From Nitrospirota bacterium (GTDB lineage: Bacteria; Nitrospirota; Thermodesulfovibrionia; Thermodesulfovibrionales; UBA9159): a stretch of 64,000 nucleotides of DNA. The DNA lies in NCBI GenBank assembly GCA_963699545.1, contig CAVOUE010000003.1, forward strand, positions 192,001 to 256,000, in the 5' to 3' direction. Positions within the stretch are counted from its first letter, which is position 1, and each line of letters opens with the position of its first letter. Positions 20,896 to 31,979 of this stretch are shown one piece after another. The notes under the pieces are model-generated. The model saw nothing but the letters and a program-made list of their open reading frames with translations, was not told the DNA's origin and searched no databases. Position numbers and translations under genes: made by a program.

Positions 20896-21803
20896 TCATA
20901 GATGAGGAAGCTTCTGTTTTTTCACGAGCACCTCTCGAAAGAGGTCACCCTTTTTTTCGGCCCTGCTCACTGCTTCCGAATGCATCACCTGCAGCTTTTC
21001 CGGGTCACCAAGCCCGGCCAAATTCTCCAGTTCCTTCCATGCAAGGGGAAACGAAACGACCGGTTTTTCCCGGGCCCGCAGGGAATACACGCAGATCATC
21101 GTCTTTGAAGAGTCGTTTTGAGACCAGTTGATAAAGACCTTTGCTTTCCGGTATTCCTTCGCCATTTTCGCGGTCACCAGGTCCGGATAATTCTTCTGCA
21201 TGATTACTGCCACGGCCTTTGAAAATTTCTTGGTATCCTCAAAGGTCGTCTCTTTGCGGTTCAGGGGGACATATACATGGAGTCCTTTTTTGCCCGAGGT
21301 TTTTACATAGCTTGCAAGCCGCACCTCAGGGAGCAGGTCCCGAAGTATCAGCGCCACCCGTGGCACAATCCAGAATGTTCGCCCGATCGCCGGGATCCAG
21401 ATCGAAGACCATGGAATCGGGCGTTTCAGGGGAACCGGCCCTGGCCAGAGGCACATGGAGCTCAAGAGACGCAAGGTTCTCCACCCATATCAGCGTTTCC
21501 AGATCGTTGACCAGGCAGACTGTCATCCTCTCTCCATCATCCCGGCGGACCTCCGCTGTTTTCACCCATTCCGGACGGTGAGAGGGACAGCGCTTCTCGA
21601 AAAAGAAATCCTTATCCACTCCTTCGGGATAGCGCTTTAAGGTCAATGCCCGGTCTTTCAAATGGGGCAGGATGAACTTCGCAATCCTGCGGTAGTATTC
21701 CAGGATGTGGGCCTTCGTAAAACCATAGGAGGGATAGAGGTCCTTTTCAAGGTTCGATAAAGAGAGTCTTCTCCCGGCTAATCTCGACGACTTTTCGGCT
21801 CAC
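20896..21803 (-). CDS. LigD polymerase (primase-polymerase) domain protein (frameshifted)
   Basis: LSNLEKDLYP, LKRYPEGV..FFEK, VFDLDP, KTSGKKGLHVYVPL, YSLRAR. Confidence 0.85.
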
Positions 21804-22646
21804 CGGTTCTTTTTCACTTTGCGCATGCTCTCCTCGAGCGCGGCGACCAGATCGGGCGGGCCTTCTCCCTCTTCTTCCTCCACTTCAGGAGCCTCCACCA
21901 GGGCTTTTTCCTTCGCCTTCTTCTTCAGGAGATCCATGATCTTTTTCCGGCGCCTGTCCGCATATTTTTCCGGGTTAAAGTCCGCCATCATTTTCCTGAT
22001 GCTCTTGTTTTATACGGCTTTTCTCTTCGGCTTCGATCTTTCCTTCCTTCGGTGCGATGTCTTCATCGGGAAGTATCTCTTCGCGGTAATGAAGGGTGAT
22101 CAGGGCCAGCGCTCCCTCCGTGCTTTTGACCGCCACAAGATACTCGCGCTCACCGAGCACGAATTTCGCGAGCCCGGCCTTGTTTGTCCGGCGCATCACC
22201 TCGACCAGCAGCCGATAAGCTTTTTCGCCCCCTTTCGAAGGAACGAGATAATACGGGTGATCGTAATAGATCGGATCCACTTCCTTCATATCGATGAACT
22301 CGATGATCTCGATCGTACGGCTCCGTTCGGGCGACACGGACTCCAATTCCTCGTCCGTTATCAGTATGTATTTGTCCGGTCCGATTTCGTATCCCCTGAC
22401 AATCTCATCCGGAGGGACCATCTTTTCTTCTTCCGGACAGAACATTCTTCTCTGGAGGGGAGAGTAATCCTTGCTGTGGAGCATGCGAAAAGAGACACGG
22501 CCGGGCTCGACGGCCTTCACCAACTGTACCGGGATCGCCACCAGGCTGAAACTGATCGTCCCGCTCCATATTCCCTGGCAGGCCGCTTCATTCCCCCTCC
22601 TTGAAGACGACTTCGGCGGGATCTGGACCGGATCGCGAGTTTTCAA
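21800..22646 (-). CDS. ku: Ku protein, paralog 2 (frameshift near C-terminus)
   Basis: WSGTISFSLVAIPV, PYYL.P, DLVAALEES. Confidence 0.9.
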
Positions 22647-22647
22647 T

Positions 22648-23419
22648 TCAGGCCACCTTCTTCAGGCTCGCTTCAAGGGCCTGAAGCAGCTTATCCGATG
22701 CTGTGGGTTTCAGGCGCCTGGGGCGCAGGACCGCAATCTTTTCTCCGCGGGCTTTCTTCTCGATCAGATCTTGGAGCTTTTTCTGATGTTCGTTTTCGAA
22801 TTTCTGCGGCTGAAAAGGCCCGGTCAGCTGATTGATCAGATCACTCCCGATCTTCAGTTCTTTTTCAGACAAAGGGATATTCTGCAGTTCAAGAGATTTT
22901 ACCGAAATCACTTCGTCGGCATACCGCAGGGTATTCAGGCGAAGGATCCTTCCCGCTTGCCTGCAAGGCCCCGAGATAGTACCTCTTTCTCATGGCCCAG
23001 GTGCAGATACCTGCCACCTCCATTTCCTCCAAAGCCCCGACAAGCGCGTTATATCCTTTTAAATGAATATCCGGCTCCAGGTAGTAGACGCGCTCAAGAA
23101 AGAGGGGATCGATCTGTTCGGTCTTGACGAATTCGTGGACTTCGATCATCCGGCTGCTTTCGGGAGCGGTCTGTTCGAGTTCCTCAGGATCGACGATGAT
23201 ATATTTCCCCTCCTCCACTTCAAACCCTTTGGCCTGTGCTTCCGTCGGCACCGGTTTCTTTTCATACGCACAGATCATCTGCTGGCGCAATTTCACATGA
23301 TCACGCTTGTGAAGGAGGTGAAACTGGATCCGCTCTTCCTTGATTGCGGTATGCAGCTTCACGGGCACATTGACATCCCCGAAATGGATATTTCCTTTCC
23401 AGATCGCTTTTCCCGCCAT
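22648..23419 (-). CDS. ku: Ku protein, paralog 1 (frameshifted)
   Basis: AIWKGNIHFGDVNVPVKL, YYLEP, LLQALEASL. Confidence 0.9.
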
Positions 23420-23686
23420 CGAAAACTCCTCAACAGTCCTTTCAAGACCAGGCTATTTGTTTCGCCCTTTATGACCTTCCCTATAAGAAAAGTATCGCAC
23501 AAAATGTCCTGCTGTCAAATTGTATTTTTTTGAGAAAATGCTCAGATCAGGCAACGAGGTCGCTGGAATGGATTTCGATCCGTGAAGAGGGCAGTTAAGG
23601 GGTTTGAATAGTCGTTCCGGATTCTCAGAGCGCCTCCATGTACCATCTCCAGAGCTATAACGTATGGCAAAGTCTTAAGCGGCCTT

Positions 23687-24895
23687 CTATGCGTTTCTTT
23701 CAACATGCACGGTCATGACAAATATCGGCACGGCTATCGCAAGGGCTGCGGACATCACCCAGAACGAGAAAAGATAACCGTGGTGTGCCAGGAGAACCCC
23801 GGCGAGTATAGGGCCTGATGCGTGCCCTATATCGAAAATCGTGCCAAAGGTCCCCATGGCGGTCCCGAAGTGTTTCTGTTTGCAGAGATCAGCCACAAAG
23901 GCTGCGCCCGAAGAGGTAACGAGCGCTTCTCCCAGGCCGAAGAAAGCAGCGGTAAGCATAAGCAGATAAAAATTTTTGAATACCGGTATCAGGCCGAAGG
24001 AGACCGCGCAGATGAGGATTCCTACGCTTATCAATGCTTTTCTCCCGTATTTGTCTGACGTCCTTCCCATAATCGGCTTTGAAAGTACTGTTGTTACCAC
24101 CTGCACTCCCCACAGGATACCCGCCTGAAATTCATTGAGACCGACAACCTTTACTGCGTAGATTGGCAGAAAGGCCTCCAGGGCGCCCATGGTCATGTTC
24201 TGAAGACCTTCTACTGCGGAGGTAATTGCAACCCGTTTGTCGCTTATGACCTCTTTTATTCCTGAGATGAACTTCAGGGATGCTTCCTTGAGTCCTCTCC
24301 CATCAGATGCAGATTTGTCTCCTCGCAGTACTCCAATCGCTAAAATAAGCGCCAGGAGACCCGCGATGCCGCTTGCAAGATACGCGTATTGAAAATCAAT
24401 TATGCAGGGGCTTGCAGCTCCGGGGCTTCTGTGGAGTATGAAGCCGCCCAGCGGCGCACCCAGAAGGTTCCCGATGATTGTCACTGAAGAAAACCATGAA
24501 AGCATCTCCCCTTTCTTCGCGCCGGCGATGTCAGCAACTACCGCCATGGAGACCGGGCCGTAGACAGCAGTGGCAAGACCGTGCAGGAACCTGATGATAA
24601 TGAGCAAGGTGTAGTCCTTTACCTGAAGATAGGCAAAAGGCATGAAGGCGAAAAAGAGAAGACCGACCATCATTGTCCTCTTCCTGCCTATGACATCTGA
24701 CAACGCACCTGCGGGAAGCTTGAAGAATATCCCTGTTACGGTCGATATCCCCACAGCAAACCCTATGGCCTCGGGACCTGCTCCGAGATAGAGGGCAAAG
24801 AGGGGGAGTACCGGGCTTCTTGCAAGGGCGTAAGACAGCCGCGCAAAGAAGCCCACAGAGCAAAGTGCAGTAAAGGGAGAAAGTATATTGGTCAT
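23687..24895 (-). CDS. MFS transporter
   Basis: GALSDVIGRK and GRTSDKYGRK loops; about 12 TM. Confidence 0.9.
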   Translation of the reverse strand: MTNILSPFTALCSVGFFARLSYALARSPVLPLFALYLGAGPEAIGFAVGISTVTGIFFKLPAGALSDVIGRKRTMMVGLLFFAFMPFAYLQVKDYTLLIIIRFLHGLATAVYGPVSMAVVADIAGAKKGEMLSWFSSVTIIGNLLGAPLGGFILHRSPGAASPCIIDFQYAYLASGIAGLLALILAIGVLRGDKSASDGRGLKEASLKFISGIKEVISDKRVAITSAVEGLQNMTMGALEAFLPIYAVKVVGLNEFQAGILWGVQVVTTVLSKPIMGRTSDKYGRKALISVGILICAVSFGLIPVFKNFYLLMLTAAFFGLGEALVTSSGAAFVADLCKQKHFGTAMGTFGTIFDIGHASGPILAGVLLAHHGYLFSFWVMSAALAIAVPIFVMTVHVERNA

Positions 24896-24905
24896 CTCTT
24901 GCCCG

Positions 24906-25460
24906 TTAGTGCTTTATTGGTGTCTGCCGGTCATAATAGATGCTCTTTCCCGTTATGCTTACAGGGATGCCCATTACCACTTCGCCCTTGATCAGGCCCA
25001 TTGCCCTTGCAGCAGCGCCAACACGCTGCTGGACCCTGTTGTCGACATTCAGAAGGCTCGCCGTCTTTGCCGCCGATGACAGCGCAACGCCGATATCAAT
25101 CATTCTCATCACGCAATGTGGCCCCGTGTATCCCATTTCCTTGTCCTTCATCTGTTTGGCCTTTTCAAATTCCTTGCAGGTGGGATAACCGCATCCTCCG
25201 CAGTCATATCCTGCGGTTACAGGCTTGCTTAACCCTACGAGAAGAAGAGCCTGGGAATTCTCTATGTTGGAGGCATCCCTCAGCCAATAGGCTTCGTTTG
25301 TGCTTTTCGGGGCATATTCCTTCATCGCATCAGCTATTCTCTTAAGGTCTTCGTCCTTTGTGATGACGACTATTTCGAGAAAGTCCTTCCCACCAGCCTT
25401 GGGAGCGGTCCTCGCAGACGCTGCCATTAACTTTGCCGCCATCTCTGTAACTTCTTTCAT
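24906..25460 (-). CDS. DUF2148 ferredoxin-like protein
   Basis: ARTAPKAGG, DCGGCGYPTC, DIGVALSSA, KSIYYDR. Confidence 0.85.
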   Translation of the reverse strand: MKEVTEMAAKLMAASARTAPKAGGKDFLEIVVITKDEDLKRIADAMKEYAPKSTNEAYWLRDASNIENSQALLLVGLSKPVTAGYDCGGCGYPTCKEFEKAKQMKDKEMGYTGPHCVMRMIDIGVALSSAAKTASLLNVDNRVQQRVGAAARAMGLIKGEVVMGIPVSITGKSIYYDRQTPIKH

Positions 25461-25512
25461 CGTGAACCTCCTTTGCAATACGACTCAAGTAAGGGCACCT
25501 ATTTGCCCTTCA

Positions 25513-26531
25513 TTAAATAAGCACCTTCCATACATACCCTGCCAAGGCAGAGCCAATTATCACCGGGATCATCCCCCATTTAAAGCGGGTCATTCCAACA
25601 AAGGCACCCACTGAGGCAACCAGTGCATACCAGTCAAATCCTTTACCCTCAGGCAGTAGCACATGATAGGTGAATATGACGGACAGGTTCAGGACAACAC
25701 CGACAATTGCCGCGGTGATTGTCGAAAGTGCCGACCCCAGCTTGATGTTATTGCGGAGCTTCTCAATATAAGGTGCGCCAAGGAATATCCACAGGAAGCA
25801 GGGAGCGAAGGTGACCCATGTGAGGGAGAAAACCACAACGTCAGGCAGACAGCCATCACCTTTAGAGAGCGCAACCAGGTAGGGTTGACGCGGTCCTGAG
25901 CCAGCGTTTCGTCATTCAGCACGACATCGGCATGATGGGCTTCTTTTGACTTTCCCTTAAAGAAAAAGGACGGGGCGATAAAACTACCAAGGAAACCGAT
26001 GGCACCCGCCGAAAGAACGATAGCCGGGAACGGTATGTTCAAGAAATAGATGCCTATGAATGAAAATGCGGCAAGCATTATCAAAACCCAGTTCCTGAGC
26101 GACTTTTTGCCGATCCTTATGACGGCCTCGGCCACTATGGCAGCCACTGCGGGCTTTAGCCCGTAAAAGAAGGCCCCAACAGAAGGGACATTACCAAATG
26201 AGGTATACAGCCATGCAAGTCCCCAGAGTATGAATACTGATGGAAGCACGAAGAAAACTCCTGCGACAATGCCCCCCCACGTTCGATGGAGCAGCCAGCC
26301 GATGTAGATTGCCAGCTGCTGGGCTTCAGGCCCCGGCAAAAGCATGCAGAAATTAAGAGACTGGAGAAAATGGTCCTCATCGATCCATTTCTTTTTTTCA
26401 ACCAGGTCTTTATGCATCATCGCAATCTGGCCTGTCGGCCCCCCAAAACTGATGAAGCCAAGCTTGAACCAGTATTGAAATGCTTCCCTGAATGACGGCT
26501 TGGTTCTCAAGATGAGTTCTCCCTTTTTCAA
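25513..26531 (-). pseudogene. chrA: Chromate efflux transporter ChrA with internal deletion/frameshift
   Basis: LGFISFGGPTGQIA, LPGPEAQQL; jumps from WFSP to LTWVTFAPCF; second GG..A/PGP repeat missing. Confidence 0.7.
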
Positions 26532-27536
26532 TCAACTTTTTGAAACATAAAGCATCTCAAACAGAGCCATCCCTCTTTCGAGGGCATCCGTATCATCTTT
26601 TGCTGCCTTTCGTATCCCGATGAGAATATCTTCCAGCCCTTTTGCTTCGGCAGACCTGTATTTTTCGTCCTTCATATCAAGATCATGAATAATCTCAGCC
26701 ATCTTCCTCACGGTCTTATCCTTAAACCCGAAGGATTTGACAAGTACCTCAAATGTGCATAAATCACCGGCATGGGTGAATTCCCCGCCTCTCATGTCGA
26801 AGACAATGGACCCCCTGCCTATTGAATCCACGTCCTTCTCATCTATGAACTCGAAAGAAGCATTCCTGTCTATGAACTGTCTGATGAGCCAGGCCGATGC
26901 CATTCTGTCTATAAAAGGTTTTTTCCTTGTTATCCATGTCTTGTTATGATAGTCCTCAAGTTTCCGAGGTGTGATAGCAACAGGCTTTTCCTTGCCTGGT
27001 TCAGCCCCTGAAAGGGCTCTGAGATTCGTCTTTGTATGCTTTATTCTTTCGTTTAATGCCCGTCCTTCTCTTGATGAAAAAAAATCCACTCTTTGCACTT
27101 CTTCAAGGTTCTTGAGGATCTTGGCGAACTGCTCTGCTATGCCCTCAACATTCTGAGCCTTTCCACCTTTCTGTATGCTGCTCAACCGTCTTTCAAGATC
27201 ATCCAGAGCTTTACCTATGATCTTGTAGTCATCAGCCCTCTGTTGATCAAACAGGGTGATTATCTCTGAGTCCTTCATCGTGTCGATCTTCTCCGTCTTT
27301 ACAAAGCCGGCCTCACCCTTCATCTCCGCTATTTCAGATACGAGCCACTGCAGGAATTCATAGTGCTCATCATTAAAAGGCAGAATGTACACTGATCCTT
27401 TCAGTTGCATCGCCCCTGCCTTTGTGAGCTTCCGCCAGACCTTCATCCTGTTGCTCACCGGCTTTGAAGGGACACTATAGAAGAAAAGTACCCAGCCCTG
27501 TCCTTTACGGTTGTCTTTGAGCGAAGCGGGTTTCAT
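26532..27536 (-). CDS. chrB: Chromate resistance regulator ChrB
   Basis: RMKVWRKL..G, WITRKKP.IDRMASAWLIRQFID, FTH.GD.CTFE, IHDLD. Confidence 0.9.
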   Translation of the reverse strand: MKPASLKDNRKGQGWVLFFYSVPSKPVSNRMKVWRKLTKAGAMQLKGSVYILPFNDEHYEFLQWLVSEIAEMKGEAGFVKTEKIDTMKDSEIITLFDQQRADDYKIIGKALDDLERRLSSIQKGGKAQNVEGIAEQFAKILKNLEEVQRVDFFSSREGRALNERIKHTKTNLRALSGAEPGKEKPVAITPRKLEDYHNKTWITRKKPFIDRMASAWLIRQFIDRNASFEFIDEKDVDSIGRGSIVFDMRGGEFTHAGDLCTFEVLVKSFGFKDKTVRKMAEIIHDLDMKDEKYRSAEAKGLEDILIGIRKAAKDDTDALERGMALFEMLYVSKS

Positions 27537-27570
27537 AGCTCTTCCTCTGTGCCTCCTTCATTCGCAATAT

Positions 27571-27831
27571 TCAAGCTCTGCTGGTGCAAAGCTTGGTTGA
27601 TCCTTTCGGACGATATCCGGACTTACGATGCTTGGGTGCCCCCGCATCCTTCTTCATGTAATTCGCCGCGGTTTCGAACTCTCCTGCCTCTGCAAAGGCA
27701 ATAGCGGTAAAGGTATCCTCTATCTTCTGTCCAACCTTCTTGAATGCCTCTCGTGCAGCGCAGAACTCCCGCTCTTCTGCAAAGGTTATATTGATGAACA
27801 GCTCTTCCAGTTCCCATGTTAAGTTTGTCAT
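27571..27831 (-). CDS. Small hypothetical protein
   Basis: Internal repeat ITFAEE / IAFAEAGE; AAGGAGG RBS. Confidence 0.65.
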   Translation of the reverse strand: MTNLTWELEELFINITFAEEREFCAAREAFKKVGQKIEDTFTAIAFAEAGEFETAANYMKKDAGAPKHRKSGYRPKGSTKLCTSRA

Positions 27832-27881
27832 GGCATCCTCCTTTTTAGGGCCGCTGTCTTAAGCATGTTACTCTTGTTTGT

Positions 27882-27910
27882 AATGTAACAGATGTTACTT
27901 AGTTTGTCAA
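27882..27910 (-). promoter_or_regulatory. sigma70 promoter of chr operon with palindromic operator
   Basis: TTGACA-N17-TACATT overlapping GTAACA-GA-TGTTAC (27885-27898). Confidence 0.7.
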
Positions 27911-27997
27911 GTACAGAATCCGTCGCCACCGAAAGCCTGCTATTATTGTCGTCCGGTTTATGGTTTGAGGAATTCGATAGGGATGATGGTAGGACCG

Positions 27998-28045
27998 TTG
28001 ACATAATGAGAGCGAGCATATTACTATATCGCAGTATGGTAATAT
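27998..28045 (+). promoter_or_regulatory. ars promoter/operator
   Basis: TTGACA at 27998; inverted repeat ATATTACTATA-N6-TATGGTAATAT just before arsR. Confidence 0.55.
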
Positions 28046-28048
28046 AGT

Positions 28049-28384
28049 ATGGAATTCTTCACACTTCAGGCGAAAGCGATCTCAGATCCAACGAGGCTTC
28101 GGATGCTGAAGCTCCTTGAGCGCGGCGAACTGTGTGTATGCGAGATCATGGAGGTCCTGGACCTCGGACAGTCCACTGCTTCAAAGCATCTGAATATACT
28201 GAAAAGGGCGGGTCTTGTGGAATCCCGAAAGGGTGGCACCTGGTCATACTACCGACTTTCCGACAAATCACGTAATCATAATAAGGATTTCTTGAAGTTC
28301 GTTGCCCTTCATCTTAATGAAGACGACACAATCACCAAAGACAAGAAATGCCTCAATACAAAAAAGAAGATGACCTGCAAATAG
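28049..28384 (+). CDS. arsR: ArsR/SmtB repressor
   Basis: KAISDPTRLR, ELCVCE, SKHL. Confidence 0.9.
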   Translation: MEFFTLQAKAISDPTRLRMLKLLERGELCVCEIMEVLDLGQSTASKHLNILKRAGLVESRKGGTWSYYRLSDKSRNHNKDFLKFVALHLNEDDTITKDKKCLNTKKKMTCK

Positions 28385-28430
28385 CAAATCATAAGACCGA
28401 TGCATATGAGGTGCATCAAGCGGAGGAGAT

Positions 28431-28859
28431 ATGACGAAGAAAAAAGTATTGTTTGTCTGTGTTCATAACAGTGCCAGAAGCCAGATGGCGGAGGCATTCT
28501 TGAACTCCTTGGGAGGCGACAGATTTGAAGCTGAAAGTGCTGGATTGGAACCAGGCCAGTTGAACCCTCTCGTCATTGAGGCGATGAAGGAAATAGGGCT
28601 CGATATATCAGGGAACAAAACACAGAGTGCATTTGATTGTTTTAAGGCGGGGCGACTTTACCATTACGTCATAACAGTGTGCGATGAAACAAACGCTGAA
28701 AGGTGTCCTGTATTTCCAGGATTCGCAAAGAGACTGCATTGGGAATTTGATGACCCATCCAAGCTTCAGGGAAGCCATGAGGAAAAACTTCAGGGGATAA
28801 GGATAATCAGAGACAGGATAAAGGGTCAGATAGAGCAGTGGCTCTCTCAGAATGTATGA
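28431..28859 (+). CDS. arsC: Arsenate reductase (LMW-PTP fold)
   Basis: [25 protein letters not shown]. Confidence 0.9.
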   Translation: MTKKKVLFVCVHNSARSQMAEAFLNSLGGDRFEAESAGLEPGQLNPLVIEAMKEIGLDISGNKTQSAFDCFKAGRLYHYVITVCDETNAERCPVFPGFAKRLHWEFDDPSKLQGSHEEKLQGIRIIRDRIKGQIEQWLSQNV

Positions 28860-28884
28860 ACGAGATGAAGATGAGGTATGAACA

Positions 28885-29967
28885 ATGAACCCCAAAATTA
28901 CACAACGACTTTCATTCTTGGATAGATTCCTCACCCTTTGGATATTTCTCGCGATGGGGCTGGGAGTGTCTTTGGGGTATTTTGTTCCGGGACTTGAGGC
29001 CTTCATCAACGGGTTCCAAGTTGGCACAACGAATATACCGATCGCCATAGGGCTGATCCTCATGATGTATCCTCCTCTTGCGAAGGTCAAATATGAGGAA
29101 CTGGGGCAGATTTTCGGAGACAGGAGGGTGCTTGTTCTGTCTCTGGTACAGAACTGGGTCATCGGTCCTGTCCTGATGTTCCTGCTCGCCATTGTCTTCC
29201 TGAAGGGCTATCCGGAGTATATGGCAGGGCTGATCCTCATCGGTCTTGCACGTTGTATCGCTATGGTCATTGTCTGGAATGACCTTGCCTGTGGAGATCG
29301 GGAGTATGCCGCTGCTCTGGTCGCCTTCAACTCCATCTTCCAGGTGCTCTTTTTTTCTGTTTATGCGTACACGTTTATTACTGTCCTGCCTCCCTTGCTC
29401 GGCCTTAAAGGGCAAGTGGTCAATGTGACCATGGTTCAGATCGCAAAGAGCGTCTTTATCTATCTTGGAGTCCCCTTTATTGCAGGGATGCTTACACGGT
29501 TTAGCCTGTTGAAAATGAAGGGCAGGGAATGGTATGAAAGAACCTTTGTTCCGAAGATAAGTCCCATAACGCTTATAGCCCTCTTGTTCACTATTGTTGT
29601 GATGTTCACGCTCAAGGGGAACTATATTGTCCAGCTCCCTCTTGATGTCGTCAGGGTGGCGATCCCCCTTCTTGTTTATTTTGTCCTGATGTTCCTGGTC
29701 TCATTCTATCTTGGCAGGAGATTCGGTGCGGGATATGAGAAGACAACCACCCTTTCCTTCACTGCTGCAAGTAACAATTTTGAGCTTGCGATAGCGGTGG
29801 CGATCTCTGTGTTCGGGATCAACTCGGGACAGGCCTTTGCTGCGGTCATCGGTCCCCTTGTTGAAGTTCCGGCCCTCATAGCTTTAGTGAATGTAGCCCT
29901 CTTTTTCCAGCGGAAATATTTTCCGAGCCGGTATTGCAGGGTCGTTGGCGTTAAGTCGCCTCTATGA
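28885..29967 (+). CDS. acr3: Acr3 arsenite efflux transporter
   Basis: [41 protein letters not shown]. Confidence 0.95.
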   Translation: MNPKITQRLSFLDRFLTLWIFLAMGLGVSLGYFVPGLEAFINGFQVGTTNIPIAIGLILMMYPPLAKVKYEELGQIFGDRRVLVLSLVQNWVIGPVLMFLLAIVFLKGYPEYMAGLILIGLARCIAMVIVWNDLACGDREYAAALVAFNSIFQVLFFSVYAYTFITVLPPLLGLKGQVVNVTMVQIAKSVFIYLGVPFIAGMLTRFSLLKMKGREWYERTFVPKISPITLIALLFTIVVMFTLKGNYIVQLPLDVVRVAIPLLVYFVLMFLVSFYLGRRFGAGYEKTTTLSFTAASNNFELAIAVAISVFGINSGQAFAAVIGPLVEVPALIALVNVALFFQRKYFPSRYCRVVGVKSPL

Positions 29968-29992
29968 AGCAGCGAAGGGAGACATTGAAGGC

Positions 29993-30709
29993 ATGAGAAT
30001 AGCGGTCCTCGGAGACATACATGGAAATATTGAAGCGTTGAACGTGGCTTACAATGCAGCTCTCTCTTTAAACGTCAATACAATATATCATCTTGGGGAT
30101 CTTGGCGGCTATGCCCCGTTTGTGAACGAGGTGGTCGATTTCCTCGTCGAGCATGGCATTGAAGGTGTGCAGGGGAACTACGATGAAACGGTCGCCAATG
30201 ACCGTGAGCACTGCGGGTGCAGGGCCGAAGACCCGGTTCAGGAGGAAATGGCGAACCGGTCCTTCGAATGGACGAAGAGGCATGCGTCTCAGAAGACCAA
30301 AGAGTATCTGAAAAAACTTCCTTTTAGTATTTCGTTTCAGGCTGAGGGGAAAAAGGTGCTGCTTTTCCACGCGACACCGGGGAAAAACAATCTCTATTGG
30401 TACGAGGACAGGCCCGAGAAGTTCTTCCGGGAGATGGCCGGGAAGGTGGACGCCGACGTTATGATATACGGGCACACTCATAAACCGTACAGACAGGATA
30501 TACAGGGAAGGGTCTTCATAAACGCCGGGAGCGTAGGGAAACCAAAGGACGGGGACGCGCGGACGTGTGTAGCGCTGGTGGAGATCTCAGATGAGGGAGT
30601 GAACCATGAGTTTCTGAGGGCGCCGTACGATATCGAGAAAGTGGCTTCCGCCATCCTTGCCAGTGGATTGCCTCCCGCTTTGGCCGACAGACTCAGGGAA
30701 GCCCGCTAA
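29993..30709 (+). CDS. Metallophosphoesterase
   Basis: DIHGN, GDLGGY, GNYD, GHTH, NAGSVGKPKDGD. Confidence 0.9.
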   Translation: MRIAVLGDIHGNIEALNVAYNAALSLNVNTIYHLGDLGGYAPFVNEVVDFLVEHGIEGVQGNYDETVANDREHCGCRAEDPVQEEMANRSFEWTKRHASQKTKEYLKKLPFSISFQAEGKKVLLFHATPGKNNLYWYEDRPEKFFREMAGKVDADVMIYGHTHKPYRQDIQGRVFINAGSVGKPKDGDARTCVALVEISDEGVNHEFLRAPYDIEKVASAILASGLPPALADRLREAR

Positions 30710-30721
30710 GCCCTGAACGTA

Positions 30722-31903
30722 TCAAAAGATCGGGGTGGGCACTTTCCCCCAGCCTGTGTCTTTTGAGAGGTCCTTGAGGCCGTGAATACTCATCGTATGG
30801 ATATCCATATCGACCATGAACTCCGGCGTTCTCACCGCGCTGATGAAAAATACATCGTAAGGTCTGCTGACCGTCACATTATTGATCTTTAAAAAAATCA
30901 GCCTTCTTTCAACCCCCATGGTCATAGTATGCTCGGAATGACCTCCCGCCCCATGCATTGCATGATGTCCCTCCTTCAGGTGACTAAAGGGGTGAAGTAT
31001 CCAGTCGGCAAACATCCTGATGGTATGTTCGTGCTTATAGAGTTTCCACTCACCCCCGGTATCCGCTATGAGCCCCTGCATGATGTAGTGCGGAGGCAGG
31101 AAATAAACAAGATACTGTTCACTATTTTTCAGTCTAGTTTTCACTTCCTCCATCTTCAAAATATCTCTCATCCTGTGTTCCATCTTTCCCAAATCTTCAG
31201 GAAGGATCGCAAGAGCTACCACATTGGCATCGGTCCACACCGGGAGATGCCTTATGGTATAGTCCCTCAGGGAGAAAGCACCCCCAATGGTAATCGCAGC
31301 GATAAGAACAAAAAGTGTTATCTTGCCCGGAATTGACGACGGAGAGACACGATGCTCAATTGTCTTTGGCAAGAACATTCCGGTTCTGTCCATGTATTCT
31401 TTGTAGGCAGCGGGATGCTCCTTTAACATCCTCCTTTCCTCATCCTTTGAGAGAAAATAGTAGATGAGGATCATCACAAGCCAGAGGACAGCAACCAGGA
31501 ATCTGGGCCAGAGGATGGCTAAACCCATACCGGTGATACCAAGACCCAGGTATTGAGGATGCCTTATAAATGAGTACAGTCCTTTTGAAACGGCACCTTT
31601 TCTGAAGAATTTATTAGTATATACCTGAAGAGCACAGGCGAGAAAAACCACGATTCCTCCAACAAAGAGAACCGAACCCATTATCCGTATGAATTTCAGG
31701 AAATCATCAGGAGGGATGACCATATGGGGAAGGAAAAAACAACTGAGCCATCTCGTTGCAGGATACTTTGCTATCTCAAGAAGGAAAGGATTGAACACAG
31801 AGTAAAAAAAACCGGCAAAGGGGCTGATCATTATGAGGATTTCAAGACAGATGACGAAATAGAGAACTATGGCGCTGTTCAATACAGCTTTATTTTTATT
31901 CAT
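30722..31903 (-). CDS. PEMT/ICMT-like membrane methyltransferase with C-terminal extension
   Basis: GLYSFIRHPQY, EE..M...Y..Y. Confidence 0.7.
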   Translation of the reverse strand: MNKNKAVLNSAIVLYFVICLEILIMISPFAGFFYSVFNPFLLEIAKYPATRWLSCFFLPHMVIPPDDFLKFIRIMGSVLFVGGIVVFLACALQVYTNKFFRKGAVSKGLYSFIRHPQYLGLGITGMGLAILWPRFLVAVLWLVMILIYYFLSKDEERRMLKEHPAAYKEYMDRTGMFLPKTIEHRVSPSSIPGKITLFVLIAAITIGGAFSLRDYTIRHLPVWTDANVVALAILPEDLGKMEHRMRDILKMEEVKTRLKNSEQYLVYFLPPHYIMQGLIADTGGEWKLYKHEHTIRMFADWILHPFSHLKEGHHAMHGAGGHSEHTMTMGVERRLIFLKINNVTVSRPYDVFFISAVRTPEFMVDMDIHTMSIHGLKDLSKDTGWGKVPTPIF

Positions 31904-31979
31904 GGTGAAACCTCATTTCTATTATCTCACAGGTAAAGGCACAGGCCAATAGCAAGAAGCTTTCTGACCTTTCCTCTTT

